Positions 37,985 to 48,800 of a DNA stretch of 64,000 bases are shown one piece after another. Position 1 is the first letter of the stretch. Each line of letters opens with the position of its first letter. Both the position numbers and the translations under genes were made by a program. The notes beneath the pieces were generated by a model that saw only the letters and a program-made list of their open reading frames with translations, was not told where the DNA came from and searched no databases. Origin of the DNA: Vicugna vicugna (Eukaryota); assembly GCA_013265495.1 (NCBI GenBank), contig MU058718.1, positions 434,001 to 498,000 of the forward strand. Direction: 5' to 3'.

Positions 37985-38310
37985 AGATGTCAAACTCTCA
38001 GAACAGGCCTCTGAGGAATGTCCTATTATTATCATAGTCATTTTACAGATGAGGAAACTGAGGCTTAAAGTTAGGGAACTTGCCCATGGCCACCAAGCTG
38101 ATGATTTTTTTAAATCTTTGTTGGGGGGGAGGAAATTAGGTTAATTAAGTTATTCATGTATTTATTTTTTTAGTGGATGTACTGGTGATTGAACCCAGGA
38201 CCTTGTGCATGCTAAGCATGCACTCAACCACTGAGCTGTGCTCTTCCTCCACCAAGATAATAATTGATGGAGCCAAGGGCACGAACCCAGAGAAGGTAAC
38301 ACCTCAAGTT
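37985..38310 (-). mobile_element. MIR SINE interrupted by a Vic-1-like SINE
   Basis: MIR core cattttacagatgaggaaactgaggct...aacttgccca, resuming after 38250. Confidence 0.8.
38107..38249 (-). mobile_element. tRNA-derived SINE (Vic-1-like)
   Basis: gattgaacccaggaccttgtgcatgctaagcatgcactc; imperfect TSD caccaagctgatgatt / caccaagataataatt. Confidence 0.88.
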
Positions 38311-38464
38311 GTTTCTTAAACACTACATGCTATGGACCTTATTTTGTCTAATTTGTGAGCTTACCAGTTTTACTCTGTAAGTAGCAATACAGTCTCTAGA
38401 ATTCTTCTGAAATCAATGAAAAATAAAAAAGCACACATGCCTTGGAAGCAGCAACATCAAGGGA

Positions 38465-38595
38465 CTTGTTGAATGAATGAATGTAAGCTCCCTGAGGGCA
38501 GGGAGTTTATGTTCACTGTTGCATTCCCTTGTGCCTCACGCAGAGCTTGGCACATAGCAGACATTCACTAAATATTTGTTGAATGTTTGAATGGC
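38465..38595 (+). mobile_element. L2 3' fragments
   Basis: aatgtaagctccctgagggcaggga...ggcacatagcag...aaatatttgttgaatg. Confidence 0.75.
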
Positions 38596-39601
38596 AACTA
38601 ATCCTGATGGCATCCTGGGGCCAATCCTCCGCGGCAATAGAACCCCTCTCTGAAGTTTATTAACTCTGCTGGAGCAGATTACAGGCTTCATTTTTGTTAA
38701 TCTCTAAAACCACAAATATTTTTGCACATTGTAGGTGACAGAGCAAAAAGGACCCCCCTCCAAACAAACCCCTGACTCAAATTGACTGAAATCCTGAGAG
38801 AATCAGCTCAAAGTGGAAGCATGTGGACAGTTACATGCAATTTAAAATTTCTCCTTCTTGGCTTGGCTTCTCAACCTTAAGGTTCACATCTGGTTTTGGA
38901 TCCAATATAGAATAGGGGAAACTGTCTCCAGGGAGTCTTCTATCTGTGCCTACTGATGCAGACAAGGTTAGTGAAATATGGATGGAAAGAGGCTTGTGAA
39001 ATTTTACAGTAGGTGTGCAGGTGGTCTGGAACCAAGACAGTAACTGGAGGAAGTGATCCCAGGACTGATGCCCCACTCCCAGCCCCCATCATCCAGCCGT
39101 CTGAAGAATGCTTCACATTCAGCTCTCCCTATAAATTGCCTTAAGGCAACTTAGGGTGTGACAGCTTGTTTTGCCTGAATTTTTTTTTTTCAATGGTGAA
39201 GAAGGAAACAGAAACTTGGATTTTGCTCTCTATGACCATATTTCCTGTGCTGAATTAACTTGCAGCACACCCAGAGATGAGGCATGGCTAAGACAGCCTC
39301 CAGTGCTTTAAATCAGTGGCATTTACCTGGTTGTTGATTTGGGACTTTGATGTATAACTGAGCCTACCCTGTAGAATGAGAATCATATACTGTTGATTGG
39401 ATCAGTAACTATGAATACCATGCAGTGGCATTCCAATATGAATTTCCAATTCTTCACTAAAAGCTGGTTGAAACCCTTTGCCAAATGGCATCCTACCAGA
39501 AATATGCTATTTTTAATGGAAACACTTACATTCATTTTATTTGAATTTAATAAAAGAAAAGGGATCTGAAGTAAATCTGAAGGAATCTATTTTGGAAACT
39601 C

Positions 39602-40123
39602 TGTATTAGTAGGGATTAGCCAGACAAAGAAAACGAGTAGGCTATAAATGGATATATATAAGAGAAGATTTATTATAGGGATTGGCTCACATGGTTATGG
39701 TGGCTGAGAAGTCCCATGATCTGCCTGCCATGTACCAGCTGGAAGACCAGGAAAGCCAGTACTTTCAGTCTGAGTCCAAAGGCCTGAGAATAGGGGTGGA
39801 GCGAGGGGGGCACTGGTGGTGTCATGACCTGAGCTGGAAGGCTGGAGAACCAGAAGCGCTGACTGTTGACTGAGGTCCCAGGGCAGGAAAAGATGGATCT
39901 CTCAGCTCAAGCAGAGAGTGAATTTGCCTTTCCTCTGACTTTCTGTTCTATTCGGGCTCTCAAGGAATTGGAGGATGCCCACTCGTACTGGGGAAGGCAA
40001 TCTTCTTTACTCAGTTCACCAATTCAAATGCTAATCTCTTCTGGAAACACCCTCAAAGACACACCCAGAAATGTTTTACCAGATATTTGGGCATCCCTTA
40101 GCTCAGTCAACTTGACATAAATT
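39602..40123 (-). mobile_element. ERVL LTR (MLT2B-like)
   Basis: tgtattagt...ggctgagaagtcccatgatctgc...aattcaaatgctaatctcttctggaaacaccctca...cagtcaacttgacata. Confidence 0.88.
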
Positions 40124-40160
40124 TTTCTTTTTTTTAGTGGAGGTACTGGGGATTGAACCA
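40122..40160 (-). mobile_element. Truncated Vic-1-like SINE fragment
   Basis: T tract plus gtggaggtactggggattgaacc only (tail to B box). Confidence 0.65.
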
Positions 40161-41009
40161 GTACTATGTCTTTAACAATCTCTCTGACGTTAAAAAAAGA
40201 AATTATAAACACCATGAAGATATTTTTTATCTTGATATTTTTTTACTACTATGTTCCAGTTTAAATAATCATATTGACTTCTTTTTATGAAGGTGAAGAC
40301 TGTGCCTGTCTCCTTTCTCCAATTCTTTTTTTTTTTTTTTTTTTAAAGTATGTTCCTTTCTCCAATTCTTGGTTTAGTTGGTTGTATGATTCTTATATTG
40401 TCCAGGTTCATACGGTTCATGTTCTTCTGTTTATAATGATTATCAAAGTTATTTGTATTGGCTTTATACTTAGTATTGTTTTCCTATTTAAATATTTTAC
40501 ATTGGCTTTACACTTAAGTGTTTACCATAATTTCTTCATCCTTGAATTCTTTATTTTTATTATCTCTTAATTAGCAAGATCTCATGTCAAATGGTTTTCT
40601 AATAAGGACCTTACAGGAGTTGTGTTTTGCAAGTTCATACATGTTTACGAGGGTGGACCCTTATACTCTAATGCTTTCTTGAGTAGGTATACCTTATTTT
40701 CCTTACAGCTGTAAAGCTGTATCCTCCAAATTTTTGTTTGTTTGTTTTTTGGCTATGAAAATGCTGTGGAAAAACTGGAGGTTAGCCAATGTCCTTCATC
40801 CCAAACCATTTAAGGCAGTTTGTTGTTTTGGTTTGGTTTGGTTTTTGCCTGGATCCTTAAAGAACTCTATCCTTGAAGCTAACTTTATCTTTGAATTATA
40901 TCCAGTTTGGTGTTAAGCATTCTGTCTCAGATTTTTCTAGAACAATATGTTGTAGAAAACTATATGTATTTTTTGCCAAATGTATTTTTAATTTTTAAGA
41001 GAACTATTC

Positions 41010-42400
41010 ATTTTTATTGAGATATAATTCACACACTGTAAAGTTCATTCTTTTAAAATGTACAGTAGTTTTTAGTATACTCACAAAGTTATACAACCAT
41101 CACCATTATCTAATTCTAAAACATTTTCATCACCCCAAAAAGAAACCCCATACCTATACGTGGTCACTCCCTATTCCCCATTCCCCCTAGACCATGGAAA
41201 CCACTGACTACTTTCTATCTCTATATATTTGCTTATTCTGAACATTTCATATAACAGAATCACAGAATATGTGACCATTTGCATCTGGTTTTTTCACTTG
41301 ATATAATGTCTTCAAGATTCATCCATGTTATAGGCTACATTAGTACTTCATTTTTATGGCTGAATAATATTCCAGTATATGTATATATCACACTCTCTTT
41401 ATCCATTCATCAGTTGATGGACATTTGGGTTGTTTCTATTTTTTGGCTATTATGAATACTGGTGCTATAAACATTTACATACAGGTTTTTGTGTGGACAT
41501 ATGTTTTCATTACTCTTGGGTTTATACCTGCTGTAGAATTGCTGGGTCATATGGGCACACAGTGTTTAACCATTTAAGGAAATGCCAGACTTTTCTAAAG
41601 CAGTTGCACTATTTTATATTTTATATTTATATAAAATACATTTAAAGTTTATGTATTTAAAATTCCAATTTCAGTTTATATTTTAAATTCCAGTTTCTTC
41701 AATCCTCAGAAATACTTGTTATTATTTGTGTTTTTGAATATAGCCATCCTAGAGGGTGTGAGGTAGTATTCAGTCACACCTAGTTTGCATTTCTTTGATG
41801 GCTAATGATGTTGAGCATCTTTTCTTGTGCTTATTGGCCACGTGTGTATCTTCTTTGGAGAAATCTCTATCCGAATCCTCTGCTTATATTAAAATTAGGT
41901 TATTGGTCCTTTTATTATTCAGTTGTAAGAGTTCTTACATATTCTAGATACTACTCCAGTATCAGATATATGATTTGCAAATATTTTTTTCCCAATCTAC
42001 CGACTGTCTCTTCCCTCTCTTGATAGTCTTCTTCAAAGTACAGTGTTTCTTAATTTTGGTGAAACTGAATTTACTTTTATTCTTTTGTTGCTTCCATTTT
42101 TGGTGTCCTTTCTAACACATCTAACTGCTTAATCCAAGATTATGGAAATTAATGCCTATGTTTTCTTCTAAAAGGTTTATAATTTTTCCTCTAATGTTTA
42201 GGTCTTTGATCTATTTTGAGCTGATCTGTGAATGTAGTATGAGATAGAGATCCAATTTATTTCTTCTGCTCCATGCAAAAGGATATTCCAATTGTCCTAG
42301 TAACATTTGTTGAAAAGATTCTTCTTTACTCCATTGAATTATCTTGGTACCCTTGTTGAAAATCAACTGAACATAAATATAAGGATTTCTTTCTGGTAGA
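41010..42400 (-). mobile_element. L1 (L1MB-like) 3' UTR plus ORF2 end
   Basis: tttttattgagatataattcacac...catttgggttgtttc...gatgttgagcatcttttc...ttgttgaaaatcaactga. Confidence 0.9.
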
Positions 42401-45400
42401 GAAATACGCTTATATTATATTTTTGGCTATCTCTTCTCATTTGCTGAGTTCTCTACCTCAGAAACCCTAATTATTCTTACACTAGATCATCTTTATCTTC
42501 ATCTTTTATTCTGCATTCATTCTCATGCCTTTCTTCATGTCAATAATTAGATTTTCAACAGTGTCTATTTTGTACATGATTCCTTCCAATTAATCCCCAA
42601 ATAACAAGGGTCCTCAACTTCCTTAGATTTGCAACTTCTTTTTCAATTTTGTCATCTTATTATCTGGGTTTTTGTCTTATTGAACTCACGTTTTTGTTAA
42701 GTTGTTCTGTAGCGTAAAACATTTGTGAGGAATTTCCTTCTATTCCATGAGCTTGGCTTTTCTCCTCACTTGCATTCTTTGCCATTGTATCTTCTACGTG
42801 CCATATTATTTTCTCTTTGTTTAGTTTTGTTTCAGTTGGCTGTTGTATGTTTGCACAGTTGCCGTGCTGTTTCTCTGCCTCCTGTCTGTGCCTCTTATTA
42901 TTGAGGGTGACTTCTTCATGTTTCCCATTACAGAGGAAGCCTGTTTGTTTTCCTGACTCTGCTACAGTTTGGGGCTGGAGGAGACCGTGTTATATCCCAT
43001 CTTCCATGAGGGATTGTGAAGTTTAGGACAGAGTTCAGCTATAGTGGGTGGACTCGTCATTAACATCCCTCATTTTAGCATCTACCCTTTCTTCCGAGAT
43101 GGTATTAAAGATCCTATTCCAGGGACAGATGACTATTTGGGGTATGTCTGCTATTCTCTTGTGAGGTACCTTTGGGCTGTGGACAGTTTCCTCAACTCTG
43201 TGAGGCACCCTTGAGCCTTCCCTTCCATCTCAGAGAGACAGTTCAGTGTTCATACTCTCCTGTTTTCTCTCTTGTTCTAGTCTTCCTCATTCAGAGAAGA
43301 GCAGTAAAGGCCTCCATTCAGTTTGCTTCTCCCCACATTTGGGGGATTTAGTGAGATATCTCAGAACTGCACTGACACCACAGGCTACCTTCTGAAAGTT
43401 AGAAGTGGAACAAGGACATTTTTCTTGTGTCCACCTTGTTATTATCTTATGTCCATGTTGATCCAGAATCTCCTTCAAAGTTTGGATTTCAAATATAGAA
43501 CCTCCATCAAGTGCACTTAAAGAAGATTGCTTTTTTCCAGTCACCACTGCCAAATGCCTAATGTTAGTTTGCCCGTTACCCTTGGTGAGTGACTACGCAT
43601 GTCTGTAGCCCTGCAGTATTTTCAATCTTTGGTGCTGTGTATCTCACTCATTTGCTCCTCTGTTCTGTTACTGCCCTAGAAATGGGAGAATAAAAAAAAA
43701 TTCCTTGGATTTTTGATAGAAAGCAACTCCCAGGTTGGGTCCAAGGTGAAAATGGATCCCTTCCTGGATTAAAAACATGAATGCTGCTACAATTCCTGGC
43801 TGTGAATGCTCATAGAGTCACTGCTGAACCATTTTATGTTAATTAATTCTGTGGGATATACCCCCCTTTTTAATTTATTCATTCTTTTCTTCCATTTCTA
43901 CTTATAACCATCCCTGCCAACTATCTACATTTCACTGTTAAACTGTTTATATTGTATTGGTGATTTTAAAGTTTCCTTGCATTACCTATGGGCATTTGGC
44001 TGAAAAGCATTGTCTCTATTTTACAAGTAAATATATTATAGAACAAATCCAGAGACCTTGTATTGGTAATTGGTAACAAAAATGCTGATGCCTTAGTGGC
44101 AGTGTTTATAAGAAAATGTTAATTTTTAGGGTAAAAATTTCATTAGAAATTGCTTTGGGAAATATATTAGCTAACATTTACAGTGTTTTTAAAGGAGACA
44201 AAAGATTGCCACTAAAAAAAAATATTATTGAAAGCATCTTCACTGAATTCCTCCATTTAAAAAATACCCCATTTGTATTTGTTAAATACAAGTCCTTCCT
44301 TTAATGATGTCTCCAGCCATGCCTGACATACTTTGAGGCCCAGTGGATAATTCTGGCCAGGAAGTATCACTGGACAATAGGCAGTGCAGTTAGAGGGAAA
44401 AAATACTGTAGACTTGCCAGTGGGGGAAACATTTACAATAAATATTAGGAGAGTGACAAAGAGGCTTTCCAAGGGATGTTCATATTTCTTGATTTATGTA
44501 ATTTGATATTTAATGTATATAGAAATCCAATAATATCTCTAAAACCCCCACTCACACCAGTATTTCCTCTACTTTAGACTAAAGGTGCCTGGGAGGCCAG
44601 GGATTTCCCATATTTCTTTCCTTAATGTTTAGACAGGGCTATGTCTCGAGCAGATATCCAATGAATACACATTACTACTAATAATGACTGAGCTAATTTA
44701 TTAGTATAGAGTAATTCCAGGGGTTTCCCTCCTGGTTTGTCTGGTTCTAAGCCTTTAAAACCTGTTTATATGTCAGAAAATCAGCATTACAAACTCTCTG
44801 GAGCAAATCATAAAATATTAGTTGGATACATGTTTAAAAACTCACCTTTGGCAGTATAAAATTATTGCTCAAGTGATCTTTTTTTAATCTTAAAGAAAAC
44901 AGTCAAAGCAGGTGTCATTGGTTAAGAGTCCAGTTGATCAACACGTTTCACAATCTGTACCAACATCACGGGAAAGGAGCCTGGAACATCACTCTAAAAC
45001 TATTCAGCACCAAATTTCCACAACTGCGTTTCTACAAAACGCAAATGGGTTTTTAGCAAAAGCCCTAATTTTCCTTTGCTTGTAAATCAATTCCTCCAGG
45101 GTCAAAGTTCTGGCTGCCACAGATACCGTCCTTCTAGATACAGAAAGCACCTAAGGGCCACTTGGTGCAACATCCACCTGGCAGCGGCCAGAGGGTCCTC
45201 TTAGGTGGCAGGTACATTGGACATAATTTTTAACTAACGAATGCAAGCGTTTCAAGTTGTATTATTCTTCTCTAAAAGCCTAAGAGTTGTTTTCCTTACC
45301 CACACTTGAACCCCAGTCTCTTTCCTGATGAGACCACCTGTTTGCTCATCTTTCACAGGGCGAGGGAACCAGAACACTTTCGATGCAGCGTCCTCTTTGC

Positions 45401-45607
45401 CCTAAGAGGGGGGCGCTGATTGGGCACCCGGACCTTGCCTCCCCCAGCTGAGGTTCCAGTTCTGGACACCTGCCTCCTTTCGGATTCGGTGTATCCCGCA
45501 ACAGCCTGAGGGGGCCCAACACATTCCTCCTGGCTGGCTCTGGGAGGGACGCGGACGCTGTCGACAACGCAGCAGCCGGCAGCATAACAGCCGGCCCCAG
45601 GGACGCC

Positions 45608-45708
45608 GGGCCGGGGGCGGGGCGAGGGGCGGGGCGAGCGCCGTGACGCGAGGAGGCTCGGCCAATGGGGACGCTCCGCGGCACCGGCCGAGCCGCCAGC
45701 CTATAAAA
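45608..45708 (+). promoter_or_regulatory. GCH1: GCH1 core promoter: tandem GC boxes, non-canonical CRE, CCAAT box, TATA box
   Basis: GGGGCGGGGCGA twice (45614-45637), TGACGCGA (45644-45651), CCAAT (45662-45666), TATAAAA (45702-45708); same GC-CRE-CCAAT-TATA layout as the known cAMP-responsive GCH1 promoter. Confidence 0.9.
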
Positions 45709-45872
45709 TGGGGGCTCTACGGCGCTCTCCAGTCTCGACTGTTCCGGATTTGGAACCTGTTGGTAGCTTTTGGCCTACTTTCCTTAGGTGCCTCCGCCCA
45801 TTGACGGTCGGCGAAGTTCACCTGCAGCTCCTGACGCGTCCGAGGTCCCTCCGGAGAGGCAGCGGCGGGTCC

Positions 45873-46212
45873 ATGGAGAAGGGCCCGGGGCGGGTGCCGG
45901 CTAAGCCGCGGGGGGCCAGGTGCAGCAATGGGTTCCCTGAGGGGGAGCCGCCACGGCCCAGGCCAAGTCCTCCCACAGAGAAGACGCCGCGGCCGGAGAG
46001 CAAGAGCGCTCAGCCGGCGGACGGCTGGAAGGGCGAGCGGCCCCGCAGCGAGGAGGACAACGAGCTGAACCTACCCAACCTGGCGGCCGCCTACTCGTCC
46101 ATCCTGCGATCGCTGGGCGAGGACCCCCAGCGGCAGGGGCTGCTTAAGACGCCCTGGAGGGCGGCCACGGCCATGCAGTTCTTCACCAAGGGCTACCAGG
46201 AGACTATTTCAG
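45873..46212 (+). CDS. GCH1: GTP cyclohydrolase 1, coding part of exon 1 (intron 1 runs beyond the window)
   Basis: ATG 45873; [22 protein letters not shown]...[51 protein letters not shown]; donor TCAG|gtcagt; 340 nt, phase 1; no exon 2 seen in the window. Confidence 0.98.
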
Positions 46213-47771
46213 GTCAGTGCGCAGGCCGGCCGGCGTGCGGGGCACGGGGGAGGTGGCCGCGGAAAGTGCGCGCCGGCTCCAGGAAGTTTTCGGAGTTGTT
46301 TCACTCTTGGCAGAGGAAGCCGAGTGCTGTCACCTTCCAAATCCTGCCCTCGGCCCTGGTTCCGAAGGCCTGCCGAGGAGAGGGCCTTGCATGGGATTGC
46401 ATTTTGGGCGCCCTGGGAGGCAGCGGCCTCTCCACCCGGGGCCCGGCTGCAGCGCCTTCGCGGGGTCCTGCGGCTGCACGCAGCCGTCTTCTCGAGTCTC
46501 GGGTTGGCAGGACCGCGGTCACGGAGCCTCCCCACGCCCCTGTACCCACTTCTTCATCCCTAGTGGAGCCTGGAGTCCTTTTCGCTTGAGCTCCCAGAGC
46601 TGGATGCCCGAGGAACGTGCTAGACCCAGATCCGTGATAAGGATCACCTGGGCTCGTTGAAGTGACGGCTTCCTAGATCATCCCTTCTCTTGAGGTCTTA
46701 TTTTTGGATAGGTCTCGGGTGAAGCCTTGGCTTCCTGTGCTTGGACAGCTGGGGCACGATTCTCTCTGACTTGCCAGGGCACCCAGGTCTTCAGAAAGTT
46801 GTAATTCTCTTTTGTTCACATAAAGTTCACTCCAGCTCAGGACTTTTCCAGAATTTGGCGTAAATCCGGGCACGGGCTTTCCCAGAGTTTGAGGTGTGAG
46901 GTTTCTTGGGTTAGTTTGCTACTTAAAGCCTTCTCCCCCCTTTCTCCTCACTGTCCAAATCCAAAAGCAGTAAAGCGACTTGTTGGGAGTTGGGGAGGTT
47001 CGCTGGGCTCTGGGACGTGGTGTCCCTCTATCCCCTTCCTCCGGCCACCCCCCGCCAATCCCGAATAAGCCGGGTTGGCCCAGTGCTCTGGGCCCCTGAG
47101 GTGGGGTCAGGCCAGGAAGCAGGGGTTGAGGGGAAGGGTGGGAACGAGAGAGGTGGATGGAAAATAACTGAGGGCCAAACTGCCTGTTTCCTGGTTGAGA
47201 GGTGTTGGTCATTAATTAGAAAGAGAGAGAGAGAAAGTAAAAAAAGCTCTGACTTATACATTTTCCAGTTCACATCTTCTGTGCCTCTTGGTGACATTTA
47301 CTTCTTTGGCCTAAGAAGCCTTCTGCCCTCACCATTTCTCAAAAGAATAGCAGTGCTGCTTTGCAAGGTAACCTCCCTGACTAGGTTATTTCCCGATTAA
47401 GTTTCTGAATCGAATGGATTCTGGGAAAAACAGTTATTTTTTCCCAGTCTACCCTACCCCAAAGGAGGGGTGGGAAATGGGTGAGAGGGGTGGGGCCCAA
47501 AAAGGAAATGATTCTACATCCTGATGCCAAGAAATGGACCTCTAGTTCTGTGTCCAAGTTCACTGTTTTGCCCCTTGATGGTTAAAGGTTGGAACTTCAA
47601 AAGCAGAATTTCAAAATTTAAAGAATGAAGATCATCATTTGGTGAATATTCTATTATTTGGTGATATTCTGTGATGTAATGAAGAAATATCTTCTTAGGG
47701 CCTTGGTCAGTCAGCCTCTTGTCAGGCTTTGGGAATCCTGCCCTTATAGAATTCACAGGAGAGAGAGATTT

Positions 47772-48127
47772 TTTGTTTGTTTGTTTGTTTGTTTCAATAG
47801 CCTTTTTTATTTTTAAAGAGCAGTTTCAGGTACACAACAGTATTGAGCAGAAAATACGGAGAGTTTGCCCATAGCCCTCCCCACCCACATATATACTTCC
47901 CTACCCTCAACATCCCTCATCGGTGTGGCATATTTGGTACAATTGATGAACCAACATAGACACATTATTATCAACCAAAGTCCATAGTTTACATTAGGGT
48001 TCACTCTTGATGTTATACATTCTGTGGGTTTTGACAAATGCATAATGACATGTAAGCCACCACTATAGTATCATACAGAATAATTTCATTGCCCTAAAAA
48101 TCCCTTGTGCTCCATCTATTCATTCTT
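47772..48127 (-). mobile_element. 5'-truncated L1 (L1MC/L1MD-type 3' end) with (TTTG)n tail
   Basis: caaagtccatagtttacattagggttcactcttg; 14/15 TSD aggagagag(a/g)gattt at 47757-47771 and 48128-48142. Confidence 0.85.
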
Positions 48128-48359
48128 AGGAGAGAGGGATTTCTTACCCTGAGACAGGTCACAGAATTATCAAAAGTGTCTCCAAAGGTTTACTTAAGAA
48201 ATAATTTCAGAAGTTTGAGCCATAGGACCTATGACTGCAAAGAACATGTCATGCTACCTTAGGGAAGTGTTCTAGTCAAGTGTTAAGTTATTATTTAGAA
48301 AGTCCATGGACCTAGGAACTGAAAGCAGACTTGGGGACTCTTAATTCTCACCCTACCCA

Positions 48360-48560
48360 AGAGGGCCTGGGGAGGAGGGTGAATGGGAGTGATTGCTTAA
48401 TGGGTACAGGGTTTCCTTTTGGGGTGATGAAAAATTGTTCTGGGACAAGAGAGTGGTGATGATTGTACACCATTATGAATGAGCTAAATACCCCTGAATT
48501 GTACACTTTAAAATGGTTAAGATGATGTGTTATGTATATTTTACACCACAATAAAAAAAA
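48360..48560 (+). mobile_element. L1MB-type 3' end
   Basis: ttaatgggtacagggtttccttttggggtgatgaaaa...gaattgtacactttaaaatgg...caataaaaaa. Confidence 0.85.
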
Positions 48561-48589
48561 GTCCACAGACCATTTAAGATTTATTAATA

Positions 48590-48800
48590 GCCATTAATTG
48601 AATACTTTTTATGCTCTTTTATGCTCAAATAAGTACTTTATTTGGATGGTCTTGATTTATCCTCATTTGTGAGGTAAACACTGTTTTTTTATTCCCATGA
48701 TAAGGAAACTGAGGCGGGGAGGTTGACAACTTCAAGTGGTAGAGTTGGTGTTTGAATCCAGGCAGCCTGAATGCAGATCTCTTAGCTGCTTCCTTATGTT
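48590..48800 (-). mobile_element. MIR SINE
   Basis: ataaggaaactgaggc...tttgaatccaggcagcctga. Confidence 0.65.

Larger units (their letters stand above)
45400..46650. promoter_or_regulatory. CpG island over the GCH1 promoter and exon 1
   Basis: Abrupt rise in GC and CpG density against an AT-rich, CpG-depleted background. Confidence 0.93.

Noticed and set aside
46213..46589. Continuation of the 293-aa ORF past GCH1 exon 1
   Set aside because: Similarity to GCH1 stops at the donor TCAG|gtcagt; the remainder is stop-poor CpG-island intron.
45346..47400. Many overlapping ORFs on both strands around the GCH1 promoter
   Set aside because: Expected in GC-rich sequence; low-complexity Pro/Arg/Gly/Ala content with no recognisable domain.
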